This document shows positions 7,759 through 16,391 of a stretch of 32,000 nt of DNA, in pieces. Under the pieces are notes generated by a model that was not told the origin of the DNA, ran no database searches, and saw nothing but the letters and a program-made list of their open reading frames with translations. Within the stretch, counting starts at the first letter, position 1. Every line of letters begins with the position of its first letter. The DNA comes from Staphylothermus hellenicus DSM 12710 (GTDB lineage: Archaea; Thermoproteota; Thermoprotei_A; Sulfolobales; Desulfurococcaceae): positions 1,530,001 to 1,562,000 of the forward strand of contig NC_014205.1 of assembly GCF_000092465.1 (NCBI RefSeq), written 5' to 3'. The position numbers and the translations under genes were made by a program.

Positions 7759-8421
7759 CTACTCTTCGGCTTTCTTCAACGCTATTTGCCAGGGTTCTCT
7801 GGCTCCGCGGCTAGCTTCATGTCTCTTCTTCAACATTCTCTCTTTTTGTTTTCTCTTCCACTTATACTTGACAGTGTACTTTAGTCCGCGGCTCTTCCGT
7901 AGGCCACGCATCTTTTTACCAGCGCTAGTTAATCCACGGAATACTCTTCCTCTATGCTGTTTTTCACAGATCCATTTTATATCTGGATCATTGCATATTG
8001 CTGGATGATGGGGATCTACAAGTAATACCTCGTACCACTTATAGTTACCGTCCTCTCCTACATAATAGCTGTTAAGAACTTCTAAGTTAGGATACTTCCT
8101 AGCAGCTCTTTCCTCTGCTATTAACCTTAAACTTTTACTTGGGGCAAATCCATAAATACCCATTCTCTTTGGGCGGCGGCCTTTATTTGGCCTTTGTTTC
8201 CGTAGTCCTCCCTTTCTAACGCGTACACGTACAACTATAAATCCCTGCTTAGCTTTATATCCTAGTGTTCTCGCCCTATCAAGTCTTGTTGGTTTCTCTA
8301 TTCTTATTATTGCTGGCTCCCTTCTCCACTTAATCAGTCTTTGACGCATTAGTGTCAGCATTTCCCCTTCATATGGCCGTTTCCATAGTTGAGCTATATA
8401 ATGGTACATTCCCTTAACCAT
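7759..8421 (-). CDS. rpl15e: 50S ribosomal protein L15e (eL15)
   Basis: 220 aa. [12 protein letters not shown]...[11 protein letters not shown]...[11 protein letters not shown] is diagnostic of L15e. Confidence 0.95.
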   Translation of the reverse strand: MVKGMYHYIAQLWKRPYEGEMLTLMRQRLIKWRREPAIIRIEKPTRLDRARTLGYKAKQGFIVVRVRVRKGGLRKQRPNKGRRPKRMGIYGFAPSKSLRLIAEERAARKYPNLEVLNSYYVGEDGNYKWYEVLLVDPHHPAICNDPDIKWICEKQHRGRVFRGLTSAGKKMRGLRKSRGLKYTVKYKWKRKQKERMLKKRHEASRGAREPWQIALKKAEE

Positions 8422-8554
8422 TTCATTAACACCTTGTTAATGCTAGGCATTTATGATTATATTCTGGGTTTATAAAGCTTGAACATTTATAGCATTATAT
8501 ATGTATTATCCATAATAATAGTTTTATCAACAGCTATGTACTTATAACGTTTGC

Positions 8555-9793
8555 GTGATATATATGCCGCCTCCAGAAAAACTTATCGGCATAATTGGGA
8601 AAACAAACGTTGGTAAATCAACTCTTTTCGCAGCACTTACACTTGCACCCGTAGCAATAGCTAATCACCCATTCACTACTATTAAACCAAATATAGGCGT
8701 TGGCTATGTGCGGAAAAAATGTGTTCATGTAGAACTAGGCTTGGAAAAATGTGATCCGAGAACAGGTATATGTATAAAAGGTAATAGGTTCATACCCGTG
8801 AAGATAATGGATGTAGCAGGCCTTATCCCTGGAGCTAGTCAGGGAAAAGGGTTAGGTAATAAGTTCATGGATGATCTGAGACAAGCTGATGTATTAATAC
8901 ATGTAGTTGATGCATCAGGTTCTACGGGACCAGACGGAGCACCTGCTAAGCCTGGAACATATGATCCAGTAGAAGAAGCTAAGCTTATCCAGAAAGAAGT
9001 CGATGAATGGTTTATATCTGTTGTGAGAAGAGTTTGGGAAAACAAAATAAGTAGGCAAATATACCTTGTAAACAATCCTATAGAATATATTGCCCAAAAC
9101 CTATCAGGTTTAAGCATTAATAAGAACCATGTAATTGAAGCCATAAGACTTGCAGGACTCGAAGATAAACACCCGAAGAAATGGAGCAGGGATGATATTA
9201 GAGAATTCGCATTAATGCTGAGAAGAGTAAGTAAGCCCATATTAATCGCTGCTAACAAGGCTGATCTCCCAACAGCAGAAGATAATATTAAGCGTCTAAT
9301 CAAAGAGTTTGGAAAAGAAAACGTTGTACCTGTGAGTGCACTAGCTGAGTATATTCTTCGGAAAGCCGCTCAAAAAGGATTAATAGAGTACTTGCCTGGA
9401 GATAGTGATTTCCAAATTGTAGATAATAGTAGATTATCAAAAGAACAACTGCATGCATTAGAACTTGTACGTAGAAAAATGTTGGCGAAATATGGAAGCA
9501 CAGGTGTTCAGGCATTACTGAATAGGGCTGTGTTCGATGTATTAAAACTAATTATTGTATACCCGGTTGAAGATCATAATAAATACACTGATCACTATGG
9601 AAACATTCTTCCAGACGCATATCTTGTACCAGAAGGTACCACTGCTAAAGAACTAGCGTATATGATACACACTGATCTAGGCAAAACATTTCTTTACGCA
9701 ATAAATGCTAAGACAAAGGAGAAAGTTGGCGAAACATATGTTCTCAAAGACAATGACGTAATCAAGATTGTTGCGGCCGCTGCTCGGAGATGA
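8555..9793 (+). CDS. Obg/YchF-like GTP-binding protein with a C-terminal TGS-like domain (Ygr210 subfamily type)
   Basis: P-loop GKTNVGKST, DVAGL (DxxG), ANKAD (NKxD), and a C-terminal VLKDNDVIKIV TGS-like beta-grasp. The GTG at 8555 or the ATG at 8564 could be the start. Confidence 0.85.
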   Translation: MIYMPPPEKLIGIIGKTNVGKSTLFAALTLAPVAIANHPFTTIKPNIGVGYVRKKCVHVELGLEKCDPRTGICIKGNRFIPVKIMDVAGLIPGASQGKGLGNKFMDDLRQADVLIHVVDASGSTGPDGAPAKPGTYDPVEEAKLIQKEVDEWFISVVRRVWENKISRQIYLVNNPIEYIAQNLSGLSINKNHVIEAIRLAGLEDKHPKKWSRDDIREFALMLRRVSKPILIAANKADLPTAEDNIKRLIKEFGKENVVPVSALAEYILRKAAQKGLIEYLPGDSDFQIVDNSRLSKEQLHALELVRRKMLAKYGSTGVQALLNRAVFDVLKLIIVYPVEDHNKYTDHYGNILPDAYLVPEGTTAKELAYMIHTDLGKTFLYAINAKTKEKVGETYVLKDNDVIKIVAAAARR

Positions 9794-10139
9794 TTCTTGA
9801 GAGTTTCTTCCAGTACTCTACAGCTTTCCTGTAATAGTAATTGTCTTCTTTACGTGAACCAAAGAATCCCAATCCCTTCTCCTTCAATATTCGCCTAAGC
9901 TCATTTGCTTCATCACTATTTATTTCACCATGTTTTTCAAGATAATCCAGAACCTCTAAGGCTTCCTCAACTGTTTTGCATCTCCTAATATAATCTATTG
10001 GTCCCGGAATATAGCCTCTCCAGGGATCCGGAATTGGTTTTTTAATTGTTAAGTTTAGATCTTGGCTTTTCTCCTCTCCTAAAACCTCCTCAGCTAGATG
10101 CGGATATTTTTTCTTGAACTCCTCTATACTAATCTTCAT
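9762..10139 (-). CDS. Conserved hypothetical protein (possibly DUF2095-like)
   Basis: 125-aa ORF with normal composition. I recognised no catalytic motif. Its 3' end overlaps the convergent GTPase gene by 32 nt. Confidence 0.55.
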   Translation of the reverse strand: MKISIEEFKKKYPHLAEEVLGEEKSQDLNLTIKKPIPDPWRGYIPGPIDYIRRCKTVEEALEVLDYLEKHGEINSDEANELRRILKEKGLGFFGSRKEDNYYYRKAVEYWKKLSRIISEQRPQQS

Positions 10140-10176
10140 TTCTCTTTAATCACCAAGTAATTATTTTGTTTACTAC

Positions 10177-11466
10177 TCATTTATCCCTTATTTTCTGATT
10201 TTCTTTAAGGTTCTCTATATATCCTATTCCCATCCATCTATAGAAGCTTCTAGGAGGTATATCCTTATATACGATTGCACCAGGAGCAATCCATGAATGA
10301 GAACCTATTTTTACGCCAGGCATGAACGAGACATTTATACCTGTCTTCACATATGCACCTATAATCGCGCCAAGTTTTCTTCTACCACTAGACTCCTTTT
10401 TTCCCCTTATATACATCTTAACGGGTTTATCGTCAAATCTTAGATTAGCTGTAATAGTGCCAGCGCCAAAGTTTACGTGTTCACATATTATACTATCTCC
10501 AACATAGCTTAGATGACTAATATGTACGTTTTCCATTATAAGGCTCGATTTAACTTCTACTGAGAAACCTATTTTTGATCCATCACATATTACACTGTAT
10601 GGTCTTAAATACGCGTTTGGACCGATAACAGTGTTTTTGCCAATGTAAACAGGTCCATCAATATATGTTCCTGACTTAATAATTGTGTCTTCTCCAACAA
10701 ATACTCTACCATGTACGTGGGCTCCTGGCTCTATTGAACCCATTATTTTAGTTGATATATTTTCTAATGCCATCCTGTTTGCATCTAGCAAATGCCAAGG
10801 CTTACCTATGTCGATCCATTCTCCTTTATTTAGTTGATAAACCTTTATTTCAATGCCGTTTCTAGCCATTGATGTTAGTATATCTGTGAATTCAAGTTCT
10901 CCTCTAGGACTTGGTTCTATATCGCTATGTTTAAGTATATCTCTAGCGTCTAAGAAATATATTCCCGCATTGATCAGGCTGGATGGGGGAATGGCTGGTT
11001 TCTCAATTATTCCCTTGAATGAATTATTTTCATCAACAATTATAACTCCATAATCACTAGGATTATCAACTTCAACACCTACTATGGAATTTTTTCTCGT
11101 TAAAAACAGTTGTTTCAACTTATTCCAGTCTTTAAGAAAAATATCACCATAAATAATCAATGTTTTCTCGTCAATGCCTTTTTTCCTAATTGCTTTTAGT
11201 ACAGCGTCTCCTGTGCCAAGCTCTTCCCCCTGATCAAGAAGGGTTATTTTAAACGGCACATTTACTTTCCTAATAAATTGTTCAACTTTTTCTTTTAAAT
11301 AACTAACAACAATTATAACCTCATCTATTTCATCAATCCCAGCTAATGCTTCTAGTTGCCATTGGAGAAGCGGTTTACATAGAATAGGTATGAGGGGCTT
11401 AGGCCTAGTCTCAGTGATGGGTCTAAGTCTTAACCCTTTACCTGCTGCTAGAATTATTGCCTTCAT
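10177..11466 (-). CDS. Bifunctional sugar-1-phosphate nucleotidylyltransferase / acetyltransferase (GlmU-like, archaeal type)
   Basis: 429 aa. N-terminal LAAGKGLRLRPITETRPKPL nucleotidyltransferase motif and C-terminal hexapeptide (left-handed beta-helix) repeats. Confidence 0.85.
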   Translation of the reverse strand: MKAIILAAGKGLRLRPITETRPKPLIPILCKPLLQWQLEALAGIDEIDEVIIVVSYLKEKVEQFIRKVNVPFKITLLDQGEELGTGDAVLKAIRKKGIDEKTLIIYGDIFLKDWNKLKQLFLTRKNSIVGVEVDNPSDYGVIIVDENNSFKGIIEKPAIPPSSLINAGIYFLDARDILKHSDIEPSPRGELEFTDILTSMARNGIEIKVYQLNKGEWIDIGKPWHLLDANRMALENISTKIMGSIEPGAHVHGRVFVGEDTIIKSGTYIDGPVYIGKNTVIGPNAYLRPYSVICDGSKIGFSVEVKSSLIMENVHISHLSYVGDSIICEHVNFGAGTITANLRFDDKPVKMYIRGKKESSGRRKLGAIIGAYVKTGINVSFMPGVKIGSHSWIAPGAIVYKDIPPRSFYRWMGIGYIENLKENQKIRDK

Positions 11467-11911
11467 TATTTATCAACCTATACTTATTATATATTGTTGT
11501 TGCTAAAGCTATTAAGCCCGCCGCTGCTGCATATTCCGTAGATAATGTAATACCAGGTGCAATATCTACTACTAAATCAGCATATCTATATATTCCAGTA
11601 GGTATACCTGTTCTAGAGCCGAACAACAAGCTTACACGCCTCCTAGATTTAAGAACAAGTTCTGCTAATTCTTCTTCAACGTCACCAATATATTTTCCTT
11701 CAGGCTCAAAAACAATTATTGCCTCATTACTTCTATCCCTAACAAGTTGGTGTAGATCCATCAAATATACTGGGACCCTATGAGCTCTTCGATGATAAGA
11801 TTTATTCTGCACCTTATATCGAGACTCTATACCTTCAATCAAGCTCTCGATGAATCTAGCTAGTGGATAAGCTTCAACTATTCCGATAGGAGCTATCACT
11901 AGTTCTCTCAC
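11438..11911 (-). CDS. SPOUT-class (alpha/beta-knot) methyltransferase-like protein (DUF531/COG4080-like); start uncertain
   Basis: The C-terminal knot-like segment SLLFGSRTGIPTG...VDIAPGITLSTEYAAAAGLIAL resembles the SPOUT SAM-binding knot. The ORF is open up to a GTG at 12007, but that part lies in or next to the IS relic. The GTG at 11911 overlaps the TGA of the TnpB fragment. Confidence 0.6.
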   Translation of the reverse strand: MRELVIAPIGIVEAYPLARFIESLIEGIESRYKVQNKSYHRRAHRVPVYLMDLHQLVRDRSNEAIIVFEPEGKYIGDVEEELAELVLKSRRRVSLLFGSRTGIPTGIYRYADLVVDIAPGITLSTEYAAAAGLIALATTIYNKYRLINNEGNNSSSR

Positions 11912-12797
11912 TTCAAAATTCTGTATTTCTCTCCCAATTCTTTTCCGTTTGTCCCTACCATAGATATAACTATAAAATGATACGGTAGGGACTTCCACCT
12001 CTCCCACAACCCTCTTTTTAGGGTTGTGGTGTCATGGGTGGCGGTCGAGGCCAACGGCACGGGCCTCCCATCTACGGTGATCCCTATGGGCCTTGGAGCA
12101 TTGCTCCCATCAACCCCTAGGGCGCGGAAAAGAATGTTCCAGCAAGCAACTATGTCTCTATGCCAGAGTTCTCCGCCCATGCTACACTTTCCGATCCTGG
12201 ACCCGTTATCATATATTATTTGGGCTTTATGTATTGGGCATTGTTTTGAAGTATTCCTAGGATCAACATATACTACGGGTACACCATATTCTTGTGCCTT
12301 CTCAACTATAGCGTTCTGCATGCCCCTAAAAGATGCTTGGAAGATCCTGTGCCGCAGCTGTTTGTTCTTTATCTTCTTAATCATATTGTTTGCTGGTTTC
12401 TTACCTAGTTGTTCAAGGACAATTCCATAGCCTCTCCTAAGAGCTTCTCTTACAATGCCCTTGTTGATGAGTCTTGGCATGCTGTATATGCGTAGTGTGA
12501 TGGTAGTTTTGGGTAGAGCTTTCTGAGCTCATGATACCTTTGTGCTTTAAGCCTTGTAAAGCTAGTGATAGTGTTTCTAACAGCATGGATTGTTAGCTCT
12601 TCAACCATGTTACGATACATACCTTCAACTTCAACAAAAACCCTGAACAACTTCCTCGGAATCCTAACAGACTCAACCACAACCGTCCTAGCAACCCTAA
12701 CCATCCCTCCCAACCCCCCACTATCCAAGATCATCCATCCACCATTAGGAATCTTAACACCACGCATCTTAGCCGAATAGATCCACCTCTTCAACAT
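11908..12797 (-). pseudogene. tnpB: Degraded tnpB (IS200/IS605-family OrfB, IS1341-like): two out-of-frame fragments with an internal deletion
   Basis: The N-terminal fragment 12450-12797 (115 aa) carries ...YHELRKLYPKLPSHYAYTACQ. The C-terminal fragment 11908-12480 (190 aa) carries GIVLEQL (RuvC-II Glu), VDPRNTSKQCP, a degenerate zinc finger (CPIH...KCSMGG) and HRDIVACWNI (RuvC-III Asp). The RuvC-I segment expected between them is absent, and the two fragments are in different frames. Confidence 0.75.
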
Positions 12798-12862
12798 GAT
12801 AAAGCATACACCAAGCCTTCAACAGCATCCCTAGAAGACAACAAAATATCCAACACAATACA
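12000..12862 (-). mobile_element. Relic of an IS200/IS605-family element (approximate borders set by the G+C shift)
   Basis: By hand count, 12021-12120 has 63 G+C per 100 nt, against 40 per 100 for 11801-11900. The GC-rich block coincides with the tnpB fragments. Borders are approximate. Confidence 0.6.
12004..12029 (-). repeat. Perfect 10-bp stem-loop at the tnpB-distal edge of the GC island (candidate IS subterminal hairpin or omega-RNA 3' structure)
   Basis: ccacaaccct (12004-12013), 6-nt loop cttttt, agggttgtgg (12020-12029). Read directly from the sequence. G+C drops immediately beyond it. Confidence 0.6.
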
Positions 12863-13426
12863 TCACTCGACACGAAAATACATATTTGAAATATTTAAAG
12901 TTTCTGCCCTTAGCCCCAGGTAAGGCATTTGTACAACTGCTATTCTACTAAATAGTTTATATAGCTCTTTTTTCTCAGGCGAATATTTATGATACTCTAA
13001 ATGACCAGGCATTACTGATATATAAGCGGTTTTACCTATTATTTCGACATATACTATAACATCTGGATAACGGAGATTAACTGATGCCCCAGTATATTTT
13101 CTAATACAGTCACCGACGATTACATTTACATCAATGCTTGTGAATTCGTGTTTTCCCCTCCTAGTCGTTTTTACTGCAAAAGATTTTTTCTCATCGATTT
13201 TCCCTGTTACAATATCCTTTATTTCTTCACAGATTATATTTGGATCAGCAATTGTAGCTTTATCTATTGGCATAATTTTCTCTGCTTCAACCACGTTCTT
13301 CGCTATTTGCTCAACTAATTCATCTCTGGAAAATCTACCGTTTCTGACAAGTACTAGTCCCTTGAAATTCATTGGTTTAGGTAAAACCTTCGCCTCAGGA
13401 TCTAGTTCTTGTATTCTTGTTGCCAC
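12863..13426 (-). CDS. THUMP-domain RNA-binding protein (COG1818-like)
   Basis: 187 aa. The core FAVKTTRRGKHEFTSIDVNVIVGDCI...VNLRYPDVIVYVEIIGKTAYISV matches the THUMP fold pattern. The last ~15 codons abut the IS relic and may not be native. Confidence 0.75.
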   Translation of the reverse strand: MATRIQELDPEAKVLPKPMNFKGLVLVRNGRFSRDELVEQIAKNVVEAEKIMPIDKATIADPNIICEEIKDIVTGKIDEKKSFAVKTTRRGKHEFTSIDVNVIVGDCIRKYTGASVNLRYPDVIVYVEIIGKTAYISVMPGHLEYHKYSPEKKELYKLFSRIAVVQMPYLGLRAETLNISNMYFRVE

Positions 13427-13689
13427 AATTTTTCGAATCCAAGACTCGTTTTAATAAGTATATTATACTGCATCAACCTGTTATGGTTGTTCAAAAAACT
13501 CTCACCATATCCTATAATCTAAAATTGCTGGGAATGTATTATTAATCTATGACTATTCCAAGCATAGATATACAAATATGTAAAATATGTTATGTAAGAC
13601 ATAATATGGATTGATAAGAGCTTGTCCAAGTATATCTTAGATTAACAAGTTAAAAGTGTATCGTGGCGTTATTATTATAGCTTGATCCG

Positions 13690-14331
13690 TTACTTTCTCA
13701 GCTGAAGCGGTGATATAACTATTGCTGGTTTAGGGCCTTCTGGTGTAGGTATCATTAACAATTTTGATTTGTACACTTCAACTTTTCTAATAGGATAAAT
13801 CTTTCTAGCACGCTCAGCTATAACTGCGCTCATTTTACCAAATACCATTTCATGTATTAATTCATCAAGTGTTAGCTGTGGTACTCTCTCCTTAACATAT
13901 TCCTCCATTATTTTTCTAATTGCTCTCTTCTGGCTTGTTTTACATCTATAACTTGTTAATGCTATGATAGTTAGTCTTAAATGATAACCATCTTTTGTTA
14001 CTACATTAAATATTCCTTGGATTTTGCTGCTTTTCCTCCTTATTAAACTCTTTATGTAATCTCTGGATAGTTCATGGCCTTTGAACCTAGTTATGGCTTT
14101 ATTGTCCTTAACGTCTATTATTTGGAAATACAATCTTACATGTACTTGGGTAATGTCACCGGTAATATCGTAAAGAGTTGTCTCCATAACTCTTCCTATA
14201 AGTTTTAATGGATCATCAGCTGGAGTTGTACCAATAACTATGTTTCCAAATATTGGAGGTGCTATGACCTCATACCATTTCTTAAGTTTCCATTTATCTC
14301 GGACAGCGTATTTTCTTCTTCTTGCCGGCAT
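13690..14331 (-). CDS. rps3ae: 30S ribosomal protein S3Ae (eS1)
   Basis: 213 aa. RDKWKLKKWYEVIAPPIFG...GRVMETTLYDITGD is diagnostic. Confidence 0.95.
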   Translation of the reverse strand: MPARRRKYAVRDKWKLKKWYEVIAPPIFGNIVIGTTPADDPLKLIGRVMETTLYDITGDITQVHVRLYFQIIDVKDNKAITRFKGHELSRDYIKSLIRRKSSKIQGIFNVVTKDGYHLRLTIIALTSYRCKTSQKRAIRKIMEEYVKERVPQLTLDELIHEMVFGKMSAVIAERARKIYPIRKVEVYKSKLLMIPTPEGPKPAIVISPLQLRK

Positions 14332-14390
14332 GAAGCTGTACCTCTAACCTTAGATTCTTTATCTAATACCCTTTAAGATTTAATATAGGG

Positions 14391-14657
14391 TTATTTAAGC
14401 GTTATCGAAACATTATTTATCATTTCTGTGATTGAAAGAATTTCATCTAGTGTTCCTCTTAGCGAATCAAACCTCATAGGATCGTTTGGTACCGAGATCT
14501 CTACTTCATATATGTATCCTTCATCGCTTTTCAATATTCTCTCTTTTAAAGACATGTATTTAGGAGCTGTTAAATTGTCTGGATAAAGCATTTCATAAAT
14601 AGCTTCCGCTAATTTTTCATCCTCCACAATTATTTTAAGTTTTGATAATATTGCCAT
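14391..14657 (-). CDS. Pcc1-like paralog (second CTAG/Pcc1-family protein)
   Basis: 88 aa from the ATG at 14657. AEAIYEMLYPDNLTAP...YEVEISVPNDPMRFDSLRGTLDEILSITEMI parallels the in-window Pcc1 (AIYDALDPETKTP...RINMLRALHNSFLSTISML). The track ORF extends to 14714, but that extra part overlaps the upstream gene. Confidence 0.6.
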   Translation of the reverse strand: MAILSKLKIIVEDEKLAEAIYEMLYPDNLTAPKYMSLKERILKSDEGYIYEVEISVPNDPMRFDSLRGTLDEILSITEMINNVSITLK

Positions 14658-15804
14658 CACGATCCACCATGCATAACTGGTTTTCATCGCAGTACGCATA
14701 TAGTGTCTCAGCATCTTCCCTGCCCACGCGGAAAAGCTCGCTTAAACTTGTATAGTACTCGCCATCACTATACATTATGACAGCTTTGTTTTCGGGAAGC
14801 ATATCCATAGATCTCAATATTTCAATGAATATCTCGGGTCTCTCAATACTTCCTTCGATTTCGAAAATATTCTGGTTTGTTTTAATGAATTGATTTAAGG
14901 CAATTGAGATATCAATAATTAATTCATCTATAACGTTATCAGTTAGAGTTGTTATTCCAAATAACGTATTTGGATCAACACTTATAATTGATAGGTATTG
15001 GGGACTGTTTTTCCTAAGGGACAAATATATGTTAAGTAATCCCACTGCTTCGTTTAACTCGATAACTTTATTATTGATTTTTGCAACATATACGTTTCCA
15101 AGTATTTTCCTAATAATTTTCTTAGCATTAGAAGCACCTATAATCTTACTTAGATAATTTAGTAAGTGCTCAAGAAATCTAGCAGCTAGATCCTTATTTT
15201 GTTCGATATGAATATGTTTAATTACCCCTGTTTTTCCCCCAATAGCATGGCTCAATAATTCATTTATTTTTTCCGGTTCTCCAGTTAATCCCGGCATGAA
15301 TGGTATTAGTGTTCTATAGATTGAATTTACTAGATCAAGCTTTAACCTACCCCAAAACCTGAATCCAGGCTCGTGTTCTATAATTTCCTTACTAGTCAGC
15401 TCCTTCAAAATCTCTGACTCGATCCCTTTAAATCCTTCAACAGTATCTAAGCCTTGATAAATACCTGTTGCTATAGACAATACTTTATCATATATTGATA
15501 CACCATATATTTTGTCAAGGTAATATGAAACATATGCAGAAACACTTTCTCTCATATTAAAATTCATCGTAAACATTATTGGTTGTTCCCTTGTTTTTGG
15601 CAGGTTAATCAATATTGTGGGTTCGTCTTTTTGGTCAAGTATTGTTTTGGGATCATAGTTTATGCTTGTTTTAACCCTATGTTCGTTTAGGTTTTTAAAC
15701 AATATGCTAGAAGCTATTAGTGAATCCAGATCTATTCTTGGAACTATCCGTACATAGCCATAATTGTTTATTGTTTTTAAAATTTCATTTAATGTATTGC
15801 TCAA
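14635..15804 (-). CDS. Catalytically degenerate RecJ/DHH-like protein (candidate crenarchaeal Cdc45/RecJdbh homolog)
   Basis: 389 aa. A motif-I-like RIDLDSLIASSIL, an IATGIYQGLDTVEGF segment and IPFMPGLTGEPEKINELL resemble RecJ/GAN-type proteins. No DHH tripeptide occurs anywhere in the ORF. Confidence 0.5.
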   Translation of the reverse strand: MSNTLNEILKTINNYGYVRIVPRIDLDSLIASSILFKNLNEHRVKTSINYDPKTILDQKDEPTILINLPKTREQPIMFTMNFNMRESVSAYVSYYLDKIYGVSIYDKVLSIATGIYQGLDTVEGFKGIESEILKELTSKEIIEHEPGFRFWGRLKLDLVNSIYRTLIPFMPGLTGEPEKINELLSHAIGGKTGVIKHIHIEQNKDLAARFLEHLLNYLSKIIGASNAKKIIRKILGNVYVAKINNKVIELNEAVGLLNIYLSLRKNSPQYLSIISVDPNTLFGITTLTDNVIDELIIDISIALNQFIKTNQNIFEIEGSIERPEIFIEILRSMDMLPENKAVIMYSDGEYYTSLSELFRVGREDAETLYAYCDENQLCMVDRDGNIIKT

Positions 15805-15880
15805 ATCTGGAACCCAGTAATTGGATAAGGGTGTTGAAAGTATTAATTATTATCGTGTAAAAGATTTATTGTATTGTTCG

Positions 15881-16345
15881 TTAGAGGTAAGCTGATACAA
15901 TTAATTTTGCTCGTTCCGGTGTATATTTCCAATCAGGTGGTAGTCTACCTATTCTCTTATAGTACTTGACTAATCTATGGATCTTGGATTCTAGATCAAG
16001 TAATCCCTTCTTTGCATGAAGATCCTTAGGATGTTCTTCGAGGTGTCTTCTCAAATTAACCGCTTTCCTCATTAGGAACAGTAAGTCTTCTGGAACAGGC
16101 AGTTTTATTCCATGTTTCTCAAGTATTTGAACAAGTTTTTTACCAGTAACTTGTTTAACTAGTGGGACACCGTATTGATCCCTTAGAATTATTCCTATCA
16201 TTGAAGGAGTATATCCTTTCTTTGCCAGCTCAACTACTAATAACTCTATATCGCTGGGGCTCATATCAAGTTTTAGCCAGCGTGGAGGCCCTGCTCGAGC
16301 AGGTCTTGTAGAGTGTGATTGTCCTTTGTCTCTTTTCTTGTTCAT
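15881..16345 (-). CDS. rps15: 30S ribosomal protein S15 (uS15 / S13e type)
   Basis: 154 aa. [26 protein letters not shown]...[18 protein letters not shown] is diagnostic. Confidence 0.95.
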   Translation of the reverse strand: MNKKRDKGQSHSTRPARAGPPRWLKLDMSPSDIELLVVELAKKGYTPSMIGIILRDQYGVPLVKQVTGKKLVQILEKHGIKLPVPEDLLFLMRKAVNLRRHLEEHPKDLHAKKGLLDLESKIHRLVKYYKRIGRLPPDWKYTPERAKLIVSAYL

Positions 16346-16391
16346 CTATGTATCCCTCCTCTTCTCTCACCATATACTAACTAAGGAATTA

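Noticed and set aside
12464-12535. C/D-like motifs (TTGATGA, GTGATGG, CTGA) on the plus strand inside the tnpB relic
   Set aside because: The box spacing is wrong (19 nt between the C'-like box and CTGA, and no D'). The motifs lie within coding-derived sequence.
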